From the NCBI GenBank assembly GCA_964494765.1, contig CAZBRP010000008.1, positions 4,069-68,068 on the forward strand: a stretch of 64,000 nt of DNA. Reading direction: 5' to 3'. Origin of the DNA: an uncultured Candidatus Saccharibacteria bacterium (GTDB lineage: Bacteria > Patescibacteriota > Saccharimonadia > Saccharimonadales > UBA4665). The number at the start of each line of letters is the position of its first letter. Within the stretch, counting starts at the first letter, position 1. Below, piece after piece: positions 49,169 through 59,541 of this stretch. Both the position numbers and the translations under genes were made by a program. The notes beneath the pieces are model-generated. The model did not search any database. It was not told the origin of the DNA and worked only from the letters and a program-made list of their open reading frames with translations.

Positions 49169-50113
49169 GTGGCATTTGTTGCGTATGGCAACACCGGTCC
49201 ACACCAGTCGGTGCGTACCTCACTTAACTCCGCCAGCGGTAATGTAAGCGACCCAATCGACCAATTATCGTCAGCCGACATTGCAGCCAGCATCTCGCGC
49301 AGCGTAAGCTTGCCAGAGGCAACGGCTGTTACCAACCAGGCCGACACTGTTAAGGCCGAAATGGTGGTAACTGCGACTAATAATATTATTACTAAGCCCC
49401 AGGTTGTAGCCACCTCACTTAAGTCGCGCCGCGACATTCAAACCTACACAACCAAGGCAGGCGACACTGTAACCAGTATTGCGGCGGCATTTAACGTAAC
49501 ATCAGACAGTATTCGTTGGTCTAACGATATTACCGGCGATGCTGTGGGCGTGGGCGTGAGCCTTAAGATTCCACCAGTTAACGGCATTGTATATACTGTA
49601 GCAAATGGCGATACCGCCCAGAGCTTGGCATCTAAATTTAATGCCAACGCTGATCAAATTATTGCCTACAACGACGCCGAAATTAACGGTCTTAAGCAAG
49701 GTGAGCAGATTATTGTACCTAACGGCCAAGTACAGCGGGCTGTGTCTGTTTCTCGCCCAAGCTATGCCTTCTCGTTTGGTTCAACGCCAAGCTATGGCTA
49801 CAACGGCTATGACTACGGCTTTTGTACCTGGTACGTGGCTAATCGCATTAGCGTGCCGAACAACTGGGGCAATGCCAACACCTGGGACAACCTAGCGCTG
49901 TTAAGTGGTTGGACAGTAAGCAGTACGCCACGTGCTGGCGCTATTGGCCAGACCGACCGTGGTAGTTTTGGGCACGTAGCTTATATCGAAGAAGTATCGG
50001 CTGACGGCACCAAAATTAAGTACAGCGACATGAATGGTCTGGCAGGCTTTGCCCGCGTAGGCCACAGTGACTGGACCGATGCTTCTCGCTTCCCGCACTA
50101 CATTTATCGCTAG
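49169..50113 (+). CDS. Peptidoglycan hydrolase with two LysM repeats and a C-terminal CHAP domain
   Basis: LysM repeats YTTKAGDTVTSIAAAFNV and YTVANGDTAQSLASKFNA. CHAP Cys in GFCTWYV and His in GHVAYIEEV. The GTG at 49169 truncates an in-frame upstream signal anchor (see findings). Confidence 0.85.
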   Translation: MAFVAYGNTGPHQSVRTSLNSASGNVSDPIDQLSSADIAASISRSVSLPEATAVTNQADTVKAEMVVTATNNIITKPQVVATSLKSRRDIQTYTTKAGDTVTSIAAAFNVTSDSIRWSNDITGDAVGVGVSLKIPPVNGIVYTVANGDTAQSLASKFNANADQIIAYNDAEINGLKQGEQIIVPNGQVQRAVSVSRPSYAFSFGSTPSYGYNGYDYGFCTWYVANRISVPNNWGNANTWDNLALLSGWTVSSTPRAGAIGQTDRGSFGHVAYIEEVSADGTKIKYSDMNGLAGFARVGHSDWTDASRFPHYIYR

Positions 50114-50183
50114 ACTAGGTAACCACCTAGCATCTCTACTTACATGAGCGGTAAAGTACAGCAACAGCCTGTATACTTAAAGC

Positions 50184-50714
50184 ATGATTGAACGCTTTGA
50201 TGAAATGCTTATGGCAGGCGGTAAATCCAATTCGCTTGGCCGCGTTAACGAAGTAATTGCCCTTGTGTTGGTCGACAGGTCCCGGCTCGACGAATTATAC
50301 AATTGTTTGTTTGTTGAGGATGCCTGGGCTAGGATGCGTGCCGCCGACGCACTAGAAAAAGTCTGTCGCCAGCACCCCGAGTGGCTTGTGGACTATATCG
50401 ATAGATTCTTTAGCGACTTAGCCGATAGCACGCAGCCGTCTATACAATGGCATTTGGCTCAAATATATGCCCAGGTTCAACTTTCTACAGCGCAAAAGCG
50501 CACTGTAATTGCGTGGCTTAAGCATATATTGGCAAGTCCGCAGGTTGACTGGATCGTTGCTGCCAACGCAATGGACACCTTGGTACAGTTTGCGCAGGAC
50601 GGATCTGTGTCGGTTGCTCAAGTTATTCCGTTACTTAAAGTGCAACAAAAGCATAAGTCAAAAGCTGTTATCAGGCGCGCAGATAAGCTACTAGCGACAC
50701 TCCAAGCCGCGTAG
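50184..50714 (+). CDS. HEAT-repeat protein, DNA alkylation repair (AlkD-like) family candidate
   Basis: 176 aa, all-helical repeat composition. The assignment comes from general resemblance only. Confidence 0.4.
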   Translation: MIERFDEMLMAGGKSNSLGRVNEVIALVLVDRSRLDELYNCLFVEDAWARMRAADALEKVCRQHPEWLVDYIDRFFSDLADSTQPSIQWHLAQIYAQVQLSTAQKRTVIAWLKHILASPQVDWIVAANAMDTLVQFAQDGSVSVAQVIPLLKVQQKHKSKAVIRRADKLLATLQAA

Positions 50715-50761
50715 TACACAGCGGATATGCGCTTACAGTAGTCTTTCATCTGTTTTTATGG

Positions 50762-50767
50762 TATAAT
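50762..50767 (+). promoter_or_regulatory. -10 box TATAAT (preceded by TGG) 11 nt upstream of ATG 50779
   Basis: tatggTATAATtatctggatatATG. Confidence 0.4.
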
Positions 50768-50778
50768 TATCTGGATAT

Positions 50779-52071
50779 ATGAGTTTTATCGACAAAGCAA
50801 CAGTTTTGATTACGGCAGGCAATGGCGGCAACGGCAAGGTCAGTTTTCGTCATGAGAAATTTATTGACCGAGGCGGCCCAGATGGTGGTGATGGCGGCAA
50901 TGCCGGTAATGTTGTATTTGTAGCTAGTCGAAACCAAAACACCTTAGCTAACTTCCGCTACCAGCGTAAGCTTAAGGCCGAAGATGGCCAGGCAGGCGGT
51001 AGCCAGCGCAAGCACGGTAAGGCCGGCGCCGACTTGATTGTTGAAGTGCCTGTAGGTACCGTTGTTATTAACGAGCAAGGTTTGGCTGTTGCCGACCTGA
51101 GCGTTGATGGCCAGCGCGCTATTATCGCCAAAGGTGGTCAGGGTGGATTTGGTAACGCTCACTTTGTAAGTTCAGTACGCCAGGCGCCACGTGTTGCCGA
51201 AAAGGGCGAGCTGGGCCAAGAAATGCAGGCTGAACTCGAACTTAAAATGATTGCCGATGTAGGGTTGGTAGGTATGCCAAATGCCGGTAAATCAACACTA
51301 CTTAGCGTTACTAGCAACGCTACTCCCGAAATTGCCAACTATCCGTTTACGACCCTTAAGCCAAACTTAGGCGTTGTTACAGTTGATAAAGAAAACAGCT
51401 TACTGATTGCCGACATTCCTGGCCTTATCGAAGGCGCAGCCGAAGGCAAGGGGCTTGGCGATGAATTTTTGCGCCACGTTGAGCGCACTGCTGTGCTGAT
51501 GCACATGATTGACGCCTACCAGCCAGATGTTGCCGAGGCCTATAAAGTGATTCAGCAAGAGCTTAAGGCCTACAAAATTGACCTTTCGGGCAAGCCACAG
51601 ATTGTAGTATTGACCAAAATCGAGGCACTCGACCAAGAAATTATTGACGACTTGCTTAAGCAGCTCAAAAAAGCCGCCCCAAAGGGCACGCCAGTATTTG
51701 CCATTTCAGCACAGACTCACCAGGGCCTTAAAGAACTATTGCAGGCTACCAACCAATTGGTAGTTGCCGAGCGCGCCCGCGTTAGCGAGCTTGAAGAGGC
51801 TGGCAAGGCTCCTGAGCAGGGTTTGCCTGTGCTTAAGCTAGCCGACGATAACTTGGCTTGGACTGTCGAGCCTGTGGGCCAAGGGCGCTTTGTGGTTACT
51901 GGCCGCAAGATTGAAAAATTTGCTGCTCGTACTGACTTTAATGACGAACACGGTGTGGCACGCATCCGCGATATTATGAAAAAAATGGGCATTATGCACG
52001 CGCTCATCCGCAAGCGCATTAATGCTGGCGACACCATTCAAATTGCTACCTACGGCAGTTTTGAGTACTAG
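50779..52071 (+). CDS. obg: GTPase Obg/CgtA
   Basis: Gly-rich Obg fold (GNGGNGKVSFRHEKF, GGDGGNAGNV), G1 GMPNAGKST, G3 DIPGLIEGA, and a C-terminal OCT-like domain. Confidence 0.93.
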   Translation: MSFIDKATVLITAGNGGNGKVSFRHEKFIDRGGPDGGDGGNAGNVVFVASRNQNTLANFRYQRKLKAEDGQAGGSQRKHGKAGADLIVEVPVGTVVINEQGLAVADLSVDGQRAIIAKGGQGGFGNAHFVSSVRQAPRVAEKGELGQEMQAELELKMIADVGLVGMPNAGKSTLLSVTSNATPEIANYPFTTLKPNLGVVTVDKENSLLIADIPGLIEGAAEGKGLGDEFLRHVERTAVLMHMIDAYQPDVAEAYKVIQQELKAYKIDLSGKPQIVVLTKIEALDQEIIDDLLKQLKKAAPKGTPVFAISAQTHQGLKELLQATNQLVVAERARVSELEEAGKAPEQGLPVLKLADDNLAWTVEPVGQGRFVVTGRKIEKFAARTDFNDEHGVARIRDIMKKMGIMHALIRKRINAGDTIQIATYGSFEY

Positions 52072-52081
52072 GAGTTAGCAA

Positions 52082-52588
52082 GTGCTAGTCCCAACTCACC
52101 CAAATCAACTTCCACAGCAGGCTGCTTTTGACGTGTTGTCAGATGGCGCGCAGTCGTACGTTGCTGGCATACGTCAGCAGCAACAGATTGCCCGGGGTGA
52201 ACATTATGGCCGTGGCTATCTGTTATACGGCGACTACCAGGGCTACTTTTTTGAACCTTTCTTGCCAGCGCCAATCTTGGCCGGGGCGACCCGGGAGAGT
52301 CGTGACGATTTAGAAATAACTGGCCGCTTACGGTTAGATTTTAATGGCCGTGCCCAATTTAGGGATGAATTTCCTTCCACAGAATGGGATAAGTTAGACA
52401 TAGTGCCTAACGCTATTGGTGAAGCTGCAAGCGACATGGCCGTAACGCTCGTATTTTCAGGCCTCAATGGTCAGCTCAGTAGGCCACAGCGTATCCGCAG
52501 GTGGCTCGAACGCAAGCTTGCTGGTCAACAGCCACAAACCCAGGCAGTTGTTAGGCGAATTGGCAGTATCGCAGCTGGCGAAGCCTAG
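52082..52588 (+). CDS. Hypothetical protein
   Basis: 168-aa ORF with a GTG start directly after obg. No motif. Confidence 0.45.
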   Translation: MLVPTHPNQLPQQAAFDVLSDGAQSYVAGIRQQQQIARGEHYGRGYLLYGDYQGYFFEPFLPAPILAGATRESRDDLEITGRLRLDFNGRAQFRDEFPSTEWDKLDIVPNAIGEAASDMAVTLVFSGLNGQLSRPQRIRRWLERKLAGQQPQTQAVVRRIGSIAAGEA

Positions 52589-52634
52589 GCCTAAGTCGTA
52601 ACACTGGTGAGCGCGTCCGTGCTACACTGGTACA

Positions 52635-54080
52635 ATGAGTGCTAGCCTTTTCTTTTACGACCTCGAAACCAGCGGTATTAGCCCGCGCAATTCTCGCATT
52701 ATGCAATTTGCAGGTCAGCGTACTGACCTAAACTTGAATCCGATTGGTGAGCCAATTGATCTGTATGTTGCAATGACTCCCGACATTCTACCTGATCCAG
52801 AAGCAGTGCTGATAACCGGTATTACCCCACAAAAGACACTCGCCGACGGCTTAACCGAAGCTGAGTTTTTGCGGTATTTTACTGATGAAGTTGCCACCCC
52901 AGGCACAGTATTTATGGGCTTTAACACCGTGCGTTTTGACGATGAGTTCATCCGCTTTTTGCACTACCGCAACTTTTTTGACGCCTATGAGTGGCAGTGG
53001 CAAGATAACCGAGGTAAATGGGATATGCTCGACGTAGTGCGCATGACACGCGCATTGCGCCCCGATGGCATAAAGTGGCCGTTTGACTCCAAGGGCCGGG
53101 CCTCCAACCGCTTAGAGCTACTAACTGGCATCAACGGCCTTAATCACGAACACGCTCACGACGCCCTAAGCGATGTGTTTGCAACCATAGAGGTGGCACG
53201 GCTTATCCGCAACAAACAACCAAAGCTTTTTGATTTTATGTTTACCATGCGCGACAAGCGAAAAGTAGCCGACTTGGTCGAAAAAGATCAACCATTTGTA
53301 TATACCAGCGGGCAATATAGCAGCGAGTTCGAAAAAACCACTGTTGCTATTCGTATTTGCGAAAATCCTAAAAAGCAGGGTGTATTTGTGTACGACTTGC
53401 GCTTTGATCCCACGCCATATAAAGATATGACCTCGGAGCAAATGGTAGACGCCTGGAAATGGAAAAAAGACCGTGACCCTAGCGACTTGCGCTTGCCGGT
53501 AAAAACACTGCAGTACAACAAGTGTCCCGCAGTTGCGCCTCTTGGCGTGCTGGACGAAGCCAGCAAAAAACGTTTGGCACTAGACATGGACGTTATTAAA
53601 AAACACGCTACTATCTTAGCTAGCATGTCTGATTTTGAAGCTCGCTTAAGTAAGGCCGCCGAAATAATGGACCGCCAAATGCAAGCCAGTATGTTTAGTG
53701 CGGATACGCAAGTCGATAGCCAGCTATACGACGGATTCTTTGGTCCTCAAGATAAAAACGCAATGAGTGTTGTGCGTGCTGCTGACCCTAAAGAACTTAG
53801 CGACCTCAACTTACACTTTAAAGACGATCGTTTAACCGAACTATTGCCGTTATACAAAGCCCGCAACTTTCCGCGAACACTTTCGAGCGAAGAGCGAGAG
53901 TCGTGGGACGAATTTTGCAAACGGCAGCTTGTGCAGGGTGGTCAGCACAGCCGAATGGCTAAATACCTTGGTATATTGCAACAGATTTCCCAGCGTGATG
54001 GCCTAACTGGCCATCAGCAATACTTAGTTGAAGAGCTGAAGCTATATGCCGAGAGCATTATGCCCACCGACGATATATAG
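52635..54080 (+). CDS. sbcB: Exodeoxyribonuclease I
   Basis: DEDDh Exo motifs FYDLETSG, GFNTVRFDDEF and HDALSDV. The length (481 aa) and a C-terminal SH3-like/helical region are typical of ExoI. Confidence 0.85.
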   Translation: MSASLFFYDLETSGISPRNSRIMQFAGQRTDLNLNPIGEPIDLYVAMTPDILPDPEAVLITGITPQKTLADGLTEAEFLRYFTDEVATPGTVFMGFNTVRFDDEFIRFLHYRNFFDAYEWQWQDNRGKWDMLDVVRMTRALRPDGIKWPFDSKGRASNRLELLTGINGLNHEHAHDALSDVFATIEVARLIRNKQPKLFDFMFTMRDKRKVADLVEKDQPFVYTSGQYSSEFEKTTVAIRICENPKKQGVFVYDLRFDPTPYKDMTSEQMVDAWKWKKDRDPSDLRLPVKTLQYNKCPAVAPLGVLDEASKKRLALDMDVIKKHATILASMSDFEARLSKAAEIMDRQMQASMFSADTQVDSQLYDGFFGPQDKNAMSVVRAADPKELSDLNLHFKDDRLTELLPLYKARNFPRTLSSEERESWDEFCKRQLVQGGQHSRMAKYLGILQQISQRDGLTGHQQYLVEELKLYAESIMPTDDI

Positions 54081-54102
54081 AGCCGTGGAAGCACATAATA
54101 AT

Positions 54103-54131
54103 AAAAACCAGCGAGAAATACGCTGGTTTTT
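54103..54131. terminator. Bidirectional rho-independent terminator
   Basis: Stem aaaaaccagcg/cgctggttttt with a 7-nt loop. Confidence 0.7.
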
Positions 54132-54163
54132 ATATTTCCTAGACGACATAGCCGTAATTAAAG

Positions 54164-54352
54164 CTAAAATTGGCGACGCTGCGTTTCGATGCTGATGCTG
54201 GTTGCAATCACCCACGCATGAAATAAACGAGCGCGATATCCACTGCGCAGCGTAATATAGCCGGTAACGCCAATAAGAATTACCAACCAAGAAATAAATG
54301 TTATTTGCATTTGGGTGCCCGGAATAAGGCCCAAAACAATAAACTCTGACAC
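54164..54352 (-). CDS. Small hydrophobic protein (two TM)
   Basis: 62-aa ORF (VLGLIPGTQMQITFISWLVILIGVTGYITL) downstream of the PGPGW protein. Confidence 0.35.
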   Translation of the reverse strand: MSEFIVLGLIPGTQMQITFISWLVILIGVTGYITLRSGYRARLFHAWVIATSISIETQRRQF

Positions 54353-54452
54353 GTTTTTGCCACCTTTTTACACTAATTTAATACAGCTCTTAAGCTCTAT
54401 TTTACATGTAATTGTGCTTGAGTCAAATATATTGCTATACAGCTTATGCTTA

Positions 54453-54728
54453 CTACTTTTTGGGCTGTTTTTTGACTACTTTTTGCCACCATTTTTGGGT
54501 AACGGCAAAGAGTTTTTTAAATTGATCCACCATCCAATTGCGCACCTTGTCGGCAAAGGCAAATTCGGTAGCTAAAATTGCAAAGCCTAAGAAGATAGCA
54601 GCCCAGCCAGGGCCGGGTAAAACGAGCATAGCTATTCCTGCAATAATCACGGCTGTGCCGACCATAAAAACAAGAGGTTGACGAATGGGGCGGGGTATAT
54701 GCTTCCACCAGCGCTTTAGTGATTCCAT
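54453..54728 (-). CDS. PGPGW-motif small membrane protein
   Basis: VLPGPGWAAIFLGFAILATEFAFA motif typical of the PGPGW transmembrane family. Confidence 0.6.
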   Translation of the reverse strand: MESLKRWWKHIPRPIRQPLVFMVGTAVIIAGIAMLVLPGPGWAAIFLGFAILATEFAFADKVRNWMVDQFKKLFAVTQKWWQKVVKKQPKK

Positions 54729-54789
54729 AGGTACAGTATAGCATTGTCAATTTGGCGAAGTCGTGATGTTCTTGTAGAATAGCCTAAAT

Positions 54790-55833
54790 ATGGCAGAATT
54801 TATTAATCTCCAAGTATCGAACCTCTGTTTGCCCAAAGCCGATGCAAGCTTAGGTGGCATCGGCACGCACGTTAAGTTCCTAGAGGCAGTCGATTATTAC
54901 GCAACTCAAGAGGGCTTTGATGGCTATGATGCAGGATACGAAATAACCCCGGCACGTGTGCTCATGGGTTCAATCGCCACACGGTCTTTGCTTAACAGGG
55001 ACGTACACGCATGGCATTATGGTGCCCGAACAGTGGACGGCCTACGTGCCCGTCCTATCTGGACTTCATCGCATGCCTCATTTGCTCAGTTTGGTTCAAA
55101 ATATAGCGGCCCACTCGAAACGGAAGCTAGCTCCTTTGGCTCCATGCGCTACCTAGATGATTCCCGAAGGTTGCATTTGCCTAAGGTGGTGTTTGGTGAT
55201 TCGCGTAATCGCAAGGGTCAGCTGCGAGACTACCGCGCCGAAGGGTTAAGTCGGGCGATAACTCAGATTCACCCTGAGCTTCTTGAGGCTTGGCGTATTA
55301 CATTACCTGGTCAATACACCAGCATTAAAGACCGCATGGACGAGCAGGGTATTACGGAGATTGTTGCCGACCCGTCGCATGTTGAGCGCTCACACCGAAA
55401 GATTGAGGGCAACAAAGTCAATGCTAATCGTTTATTAGACGTAATTGATGCTAAGGGCATTCAGGTTAGGCGAGCCCACCTTGCCTTGGCTCGCACCGAT
55501 TTTCCACATAAAAAGGATGTTGAGCATTCGGTAGATAATCTCAAGGCGCTTATCGATAGTCCTGAGAAATTTGCTAAGACAAAAGCAGGCAAGTTTTTGG
55601 CGCAGTGTTTTGATATTTGGCTAGCCCGTGATGAAGCCGAGCGGAAGGTTCGCTGCGGTCCAACATATGATGCGTTTACCGTGACCACAGAGATCACAGT
55701 GGACGGTATGAACGCAGTAAGTGGTCATAGTGAAGAATTTGACAAGCTAAGCCTGCCACAAAAGCATGCCTTTATCATTGGGCGAACCCGCGGTTTCTTT
55801 GCAGAAATTGAACAGCAAGGCCGCACCACCTAA
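54790..55833 (+). CDS. Hypothetical protein
   Basis: 347-aa ORF with soluble composition and no recognised motif. Confidence 0.55.
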   Translation: MAEFINLQVSNLCLPKADASLGGIGTHVKFLEAVDYYATQEGFDGYDAGYEITPARVLMGSIATRSLLNRDVHAWHYGARTVDGLRARPIWTSSHASFAQFGSKYSGPLETEASSFGSMRYLDDSRRLHLPKVVFGDSRNRKGQLRDYRAEGLSRAITQIHPELLEAWRITLPGQYTSIKDRMDEQGITEIVADPSHVERSHRKIEGNKVNANRLLDVIDAKGIQVRRAHLALARTDFPHKKDVEHSVDNLKALIDSPEKFAKTKAGKFLAQCFDIWLARDEAERKVRCGPTYDAFTVTTEITVDGMNAVSGHSEEFDKLSLPQKHAFIIGRTRGFFAEIEQQGRTT

Positions 55834-55864
55834 CCAGCCAGTGGATAACTTTTCTCTTTTGGCG

Positions 55865-55870
55865 TATACT
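55865..55870 (+). promoter_or_regulatory. -10 box TATACT 11 nt upstream of ATG 55882
   Basis: gcgTATACTtaaatgcgtctATG. Confidence 0.35.
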
Positions 55871-55881
55871 TAAATGCGTCT

Positions 55882-58692
55882 ATGGCTGAGAAGATTATTG
55901 TTAAAGGTGCGCGCGAGCATAACCTCAAAAATATTGATGTTGAACTACCCCGCGAAAAGCTGGTAGTTATTACTGGTTTGTCCGGCTCGGGCAAATCATC
56001 TTTAGCGTTTGATACAATCTATGCCGAAGGCCAACGCCGCTATGTTGAATCACTTAGTTCTTACGCGCGCCAGTTTTTGGGCCTTATGGAAAAGCCCGAC
56101 GTTGACCAAATCGATGGCCTGTCGCCAGCAATCTCAATCGATCAAAAATCTACCAGCCGCAACCCACGTTCCACGGTAGCCACTGTTACCGAAATTTACG
56201 ATTATCTACGTTTGTTGTTTGCGCGCATTGGTGTGCCGCACTGCCCAGTTTGTGGCAAGCCGGTAACGCGTCAAACTACGCAAAACATTGTTGACCAAAT
56301 TGTGCATGTGGATGCCGATGCTCGCCTAATGCTTTTGGCCCCAGTTATATCGGCTAAAAAAGGTGCTTTTGAGCACATTCCCGAACAGTACATGCGCGCC
56401 GGTTTTGCCCGTGCCCGCGTAGATGGTGTGGTATATGCTCTTGATGAATTCCCGGTGCTTGACAAAAACTACAAGCACACTATTGAAGTAGTCATTGACC
56501 GCCTCGTAAATAACGAAGAAAGCCGTTCACGCTTAGCACAATCTGTTGAACAAGCTCTAGAAGTGGCCGAGGGTAAAATCCGCGTGGTTAACGCCGACTC
56601 AGCCGAAGAGTATCAATACAGCTTAATGTACGCTTGTATTGATCACCCGGACGTTGTGATTCCAGAGCTTGAGCCACGCACCTTTAGCTTTAACTCGCCG
56701 CAAGGTGCCTGCCCAGTATGTACTGGCTTAGGTTCACGCCTAGAAGTTGACCCCGAGCTAGTAATACCTAATGGCCGGCTAACTATTGCTGAGGGTGCCA
56801 TTAGGCCTTTTAACCGCGTTAACGCCGACGCTTGGTATATGAAAAAGATGCAAGCAGTGGCCGATGAATACGGTTTTAGTTTGCACGTGCCAACTGGCCA
56901 GTTAACCGAAGACAATCTTAATAAGCTGCTATACGGCACTGGCAACCAAAAGTACCGCGTGTCCCTTGGCAGCGGCCGCAGTTTTGAAACAACCTACGAA
57001 GGTGTTATCCCTAACTTAGAGCGCCGCCACAAAGAAACCGACAGCGACTTTATTCGCCACGACATAGAGCGCTTTATGCAAGAAAAGCCATGCTATTCAT
57101 GCAAAGGCCGCCGCTTAAAGCCAGAAGTTTTGGCCATTACCATTGCCAAACACTCCATTATGGACATCTGTGAATTCTCAATCGACGAAGCCATTGAGTA
57201 CTTTAATTCGCTCACCCTCAACGACAAAGAAACGCAAATTGCCAACCTGGTACTTAAGGAAGTGTGTGCTCGCCTGAGCTTTTTGCAAGATGTTGGCCTT
57301 AATTACCTAACGCTGCTGCGTGGTGCCACAACCCTGAGTGGCGGTGAGGCCCAGCGTATCCGTTTGGCTACCCAAATTGGCTCCGGCTTGCAGGGTGTGT
57401 TGTACGTTTTGGATGAGCCAAGCATTGGTTTACACCAGCGTGACAACGACCGCTTAATTGCTACGCTCATGCACCTTAAGGAACTCGGTAACACGGTTGT
57501 AGTGGTAGAACACGACGAAGATACAATCCGTACAGCCGACTACTTGCTGGATATTGGCCCAGGTGCTGGTATCCATGGTGGGCATGTTGTAGCCGCTGGC
57601 ACACCAGACGAAGTGGCTAAAAATCCAAAGAGCATTACCGGCCAGTACCTATCTGGTAAAAAGACTATTGCTGTGCCTAAAAAGCGCCGCAAGGGCAACG
57701 GTAAATCTTTGGTTATTCGCGGCGCGCGCGAAAACAACCTTCGCGGCGTTGACGTAGAAATTCCACTCGGCCAGCTGGTGGTAGTATCTGGTGTATCTGG
57801 TTCGGGTAAGTCATCGCTAATCAACGACATTTTGGCCAAAGAACTTCAGGCCCGCCTAATGCGTGCCAACACCGTGCCAGGCAAGCACGACGACATCGAG
57901 GGAATTAAAGAACTCGACAAAGCCATTATTATCGACCAATCACCAATTGGCCGCACACCGCGCTCTAACCCCGCAACCTACACCGGGCTATTTACTCCAA
58001 TCCGTGAACTGTTTGCCCAAACCCCCGAAGCAAAACTACTCGGCTACATCCCCGGCCGTTTTATCTTTAACGTTAAGGTCGGCCGCTGCGAAAACTGCGC
58101 CGGCGATGGCATTATCAAGATTGAGATGCACTTTTTGCCCGACGTATACGTACAATGTGAAGTATGCCATGGCCGCCGCTATAACCGCGAAGCTCTAGAA
58201 ATTCACTTTAAGGGCAAAACTATTAGTGACGTGCTAGAAATGAACTGTGAACAGGCCCTGGAATTCTTTGGCAACATTCCGTCTATCGCCCGCAAGCTGC
58301 AAACACTTGTGGACGTGGGATTAGGCTACATTAGTTTGGGTCAACCTGCAACACAATTATCGGGCGGTGAAGCGCAGCGCATTAAGTTAGCGACCGAACT
58401 TTCACGCCGACCCACAGGTCGCACATTATATATCCTCGACGAGCCAACAACCGGCTTGCACATGGCCGACGTTGATCGCCTACTCAAAGTGTTACACGCC
58501 CTAGTGGACACCGGTAACAGCATGGTAGTTATTGAGCACAACCTAGACGTTATTAAGTCCGCCGACCACATTATCGACATGGGCCCTGAGGGCGGTTCGG
58601 GCGGTGGTTACGTTGTGGCAATCGGCACACCAGAGCACATCGCCACCGTTAAAGAGTCACACACCGGCCACTTCCTTAAGCGCATGCTGTAG
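55882..58692 (+). CDS. uvrA: Excinuclease ABC subunit A
   Basis: Two ABC modules (GLSGSGKSS; GVSGSGKSS), two LSGGE signatures, and zinc modules (CPVCGK; CxxC...CxxC). Confidence 0.95.
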   Translation: MAEKIIVKGAREHNLKNIDVELPREKLVVITGLSGSGKSSLAFDTIYAEGQRRYVESLSSYARQFLGLMEKPDVDQIDGLSPAISIDQKSTSRNPRSTVATVTEIYDYLRLLFARIGVPHCPVCGKPVTRQTTQNIVDQIVHVDADARLMLLAPVISAKKGAFEHIPEQYMRAGFARARVDGVVYALDEFPVLDKNYKHTIEVVIDRLVNNEESRSRLAQSVEQALEVAEGKIRVVNADSAEEYQYSLMYACIDHPDVVIPELEPRTFSFNSPQGACPVCTGLGSRLEVDPELVIPNGRLTIAEGAIRPFNRVNADAWYMKKMQAVADEYGFSLHVPTGQLTEDNLNKLLYGTGNQKYRVSLGSGRSFETTYEGVIPNLERRHKETDSDFIRHDIERFMQEKPCYSCKGRRLKPEVLAITIAKHSIMDICEFSIDEAIEYFNSLTLNDKETQIANLVLKEVCARLSFLQDVGLNYLTLLRGATTLSGGEAQRIRLATQIGSGLQGVLYVLDEPSIGLHQRDNDRLIATLMHLKELGNTVVVVEHDEDTIRTADYLLDIGPGAGIHGGHVVAAGTPDEVAKNPKSITGQYLSGKKTIAVPKKRRKGNGKSLVIRGARENNLRGVDVEIPLGQLVVVSGVSGSGKSSLINDILAKELQARLMRANTVPGKHDDIEGIKELDKAIIIDQSPIGRTPRSNPATYTGLFTPIRELFAQTPEAKLLGYIPGRFIFNVKVGRCENCAGDGIIKIEMHFLPDVYVQCEVCHGRRYNREALEIHFKGKTISDVLEMNCEQALEFFGNIPSIARKLQTLVDVGLGYISLGQPATQLSGGEAQRIKLATELSRRPTGRTLYILDEPTTGLHMADVDRLLKVLHALVDTGNSMVVIEHNLDVIKSADHIIDMGPEGGSGGGYVVAIGTPEHIATVKESHTGHFLKRML

Positions 58693-58723
58693 ATGCTGCA
58701 GTATTGGCAAAACAGCTAAAAAT

Positions 58724-58758
58724 AAACACGCCTTTCGGAGATATGAAAGGCGTGTTTT
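58724..58758. terminator. Bidirectional rho-independent terminator between uvrA and the convergent gene
   Basis: Perfect 13-bp stem aaacacgcctttc/gaaaggcgtgttt with an 8-nt loop. Confidence 0.75.
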
Positions 58759-58815
58759 GTTGAATACTGCATAATGCCCAAGAAGAGTGGAGGGGACTCT
58801 TGGGGATCTAGGGCG

Positions 58816-59388
58816 TTATGCAGCGGCCAAGGCAATGTCAGCAAGTGCTTCTTGAGAAGGGGCGGCTTCGGAGGAAACCAAATCACGCAGGTGGTTGCGT
58901 ACTTTTGAGCGAATCAAAATATTGTCGTGAATATTCAACGAATAATCAATTTTAGAAGCATTATTGAGATAACGCAGGGCAGAGCCAATAGACTGCTTGT
59001 CGCCACGCGTTAAATTAGAAATCGAGAAATTGTGCAAACGACTGGCAATGATACGCTGTGAAAACGTATCAACATCGTCCGCGAAAGAAGGCAATTCGTT
59101 CAAAATGATAGGTTTTGACTTTTGCATTGCATACATAATCTGCAACGCAAGCTCGCGCGAAATAATGCCGTAGTCACAGTACACAACATGGAAAGAATTG
59201 TTGGCAATTGACTCGTACACGTTAATACGAAAATCGTGGCTGTGCCAAGGGTTAGACTGGTGTTCGGTGCTTAAAAAATCTGGCTCAAGATCTAAAAGCG
59301 CCACCTGCACTTGTTGCTCTTCGAGGATACGCTTAAGCGCGGCCATTTTAGTTTGATTATTTCCACTAATCTGAGTAACAAGATGCAT
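58816..59388 (-). CDS. Distant DNPH1/nucleoside 2-deoxyribosyltransferase-like domain protein (no RHH tail)
   Basis: The core SFHVVYCDYGIISRELALQIMYAMQKSKPIIL follows the pattern (beta-strand)-x-G..E(L/I)(G/A)...KP(I/V)L seen in the five genes downstream of folE. Confidence 0.5.
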   Translation of the reverse strand: MHLVTQISGNNQTKMAALKRILEEQQVQVALLDLEPDFLSTEHQSNPWHSHDFRINVYESIANNSFHVVYCDYGIISRELALQIMYAMQKSKPIILNELPSFADDVDTFSQRIIASRLHNFSISNLTRGDKQSIGSALRYLNNASKIDYSLNIHDNILIRSKVRNHLRDLVSSEAAPSQEALADIALAAA

Positions 59389-59416
59389 GACGAATCACCT
59401 ATTTACGTTATACGCA

Positions 59417-59449
59417 TAGTATACACATAATCACCGAATGTGTATACTA
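59417..59449. promoter_or_regulatory. Perfect 11-bp inverted repeat (tagtatacaca, 11 nt spacer, tgtgtatacta) in the divergent intergenic region; candidate operator or paired -10 boxes
   Basis: Each arm contains TATAC(T) when read outward toward the flanking gene. A related tagtatacaaa occurs at 60806-60816. Confidence 0.4.
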
Positions 59450-59541
59450 AATATTAATGATCTCTAGGCTTTTTGTTTTGACGGTTATTTATGATATGGT
59501 GTATATTCCACATTAGAGATGTGTGTTTTTAGAGAGATGCG

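Noticed and set aside
48910-49437. 175-aa minus-strand ORF
   Set aside because: It is antisense to the LysM-CHAP gene and its leader. The forward frame carries recognisable LysM and CHAP motifs.
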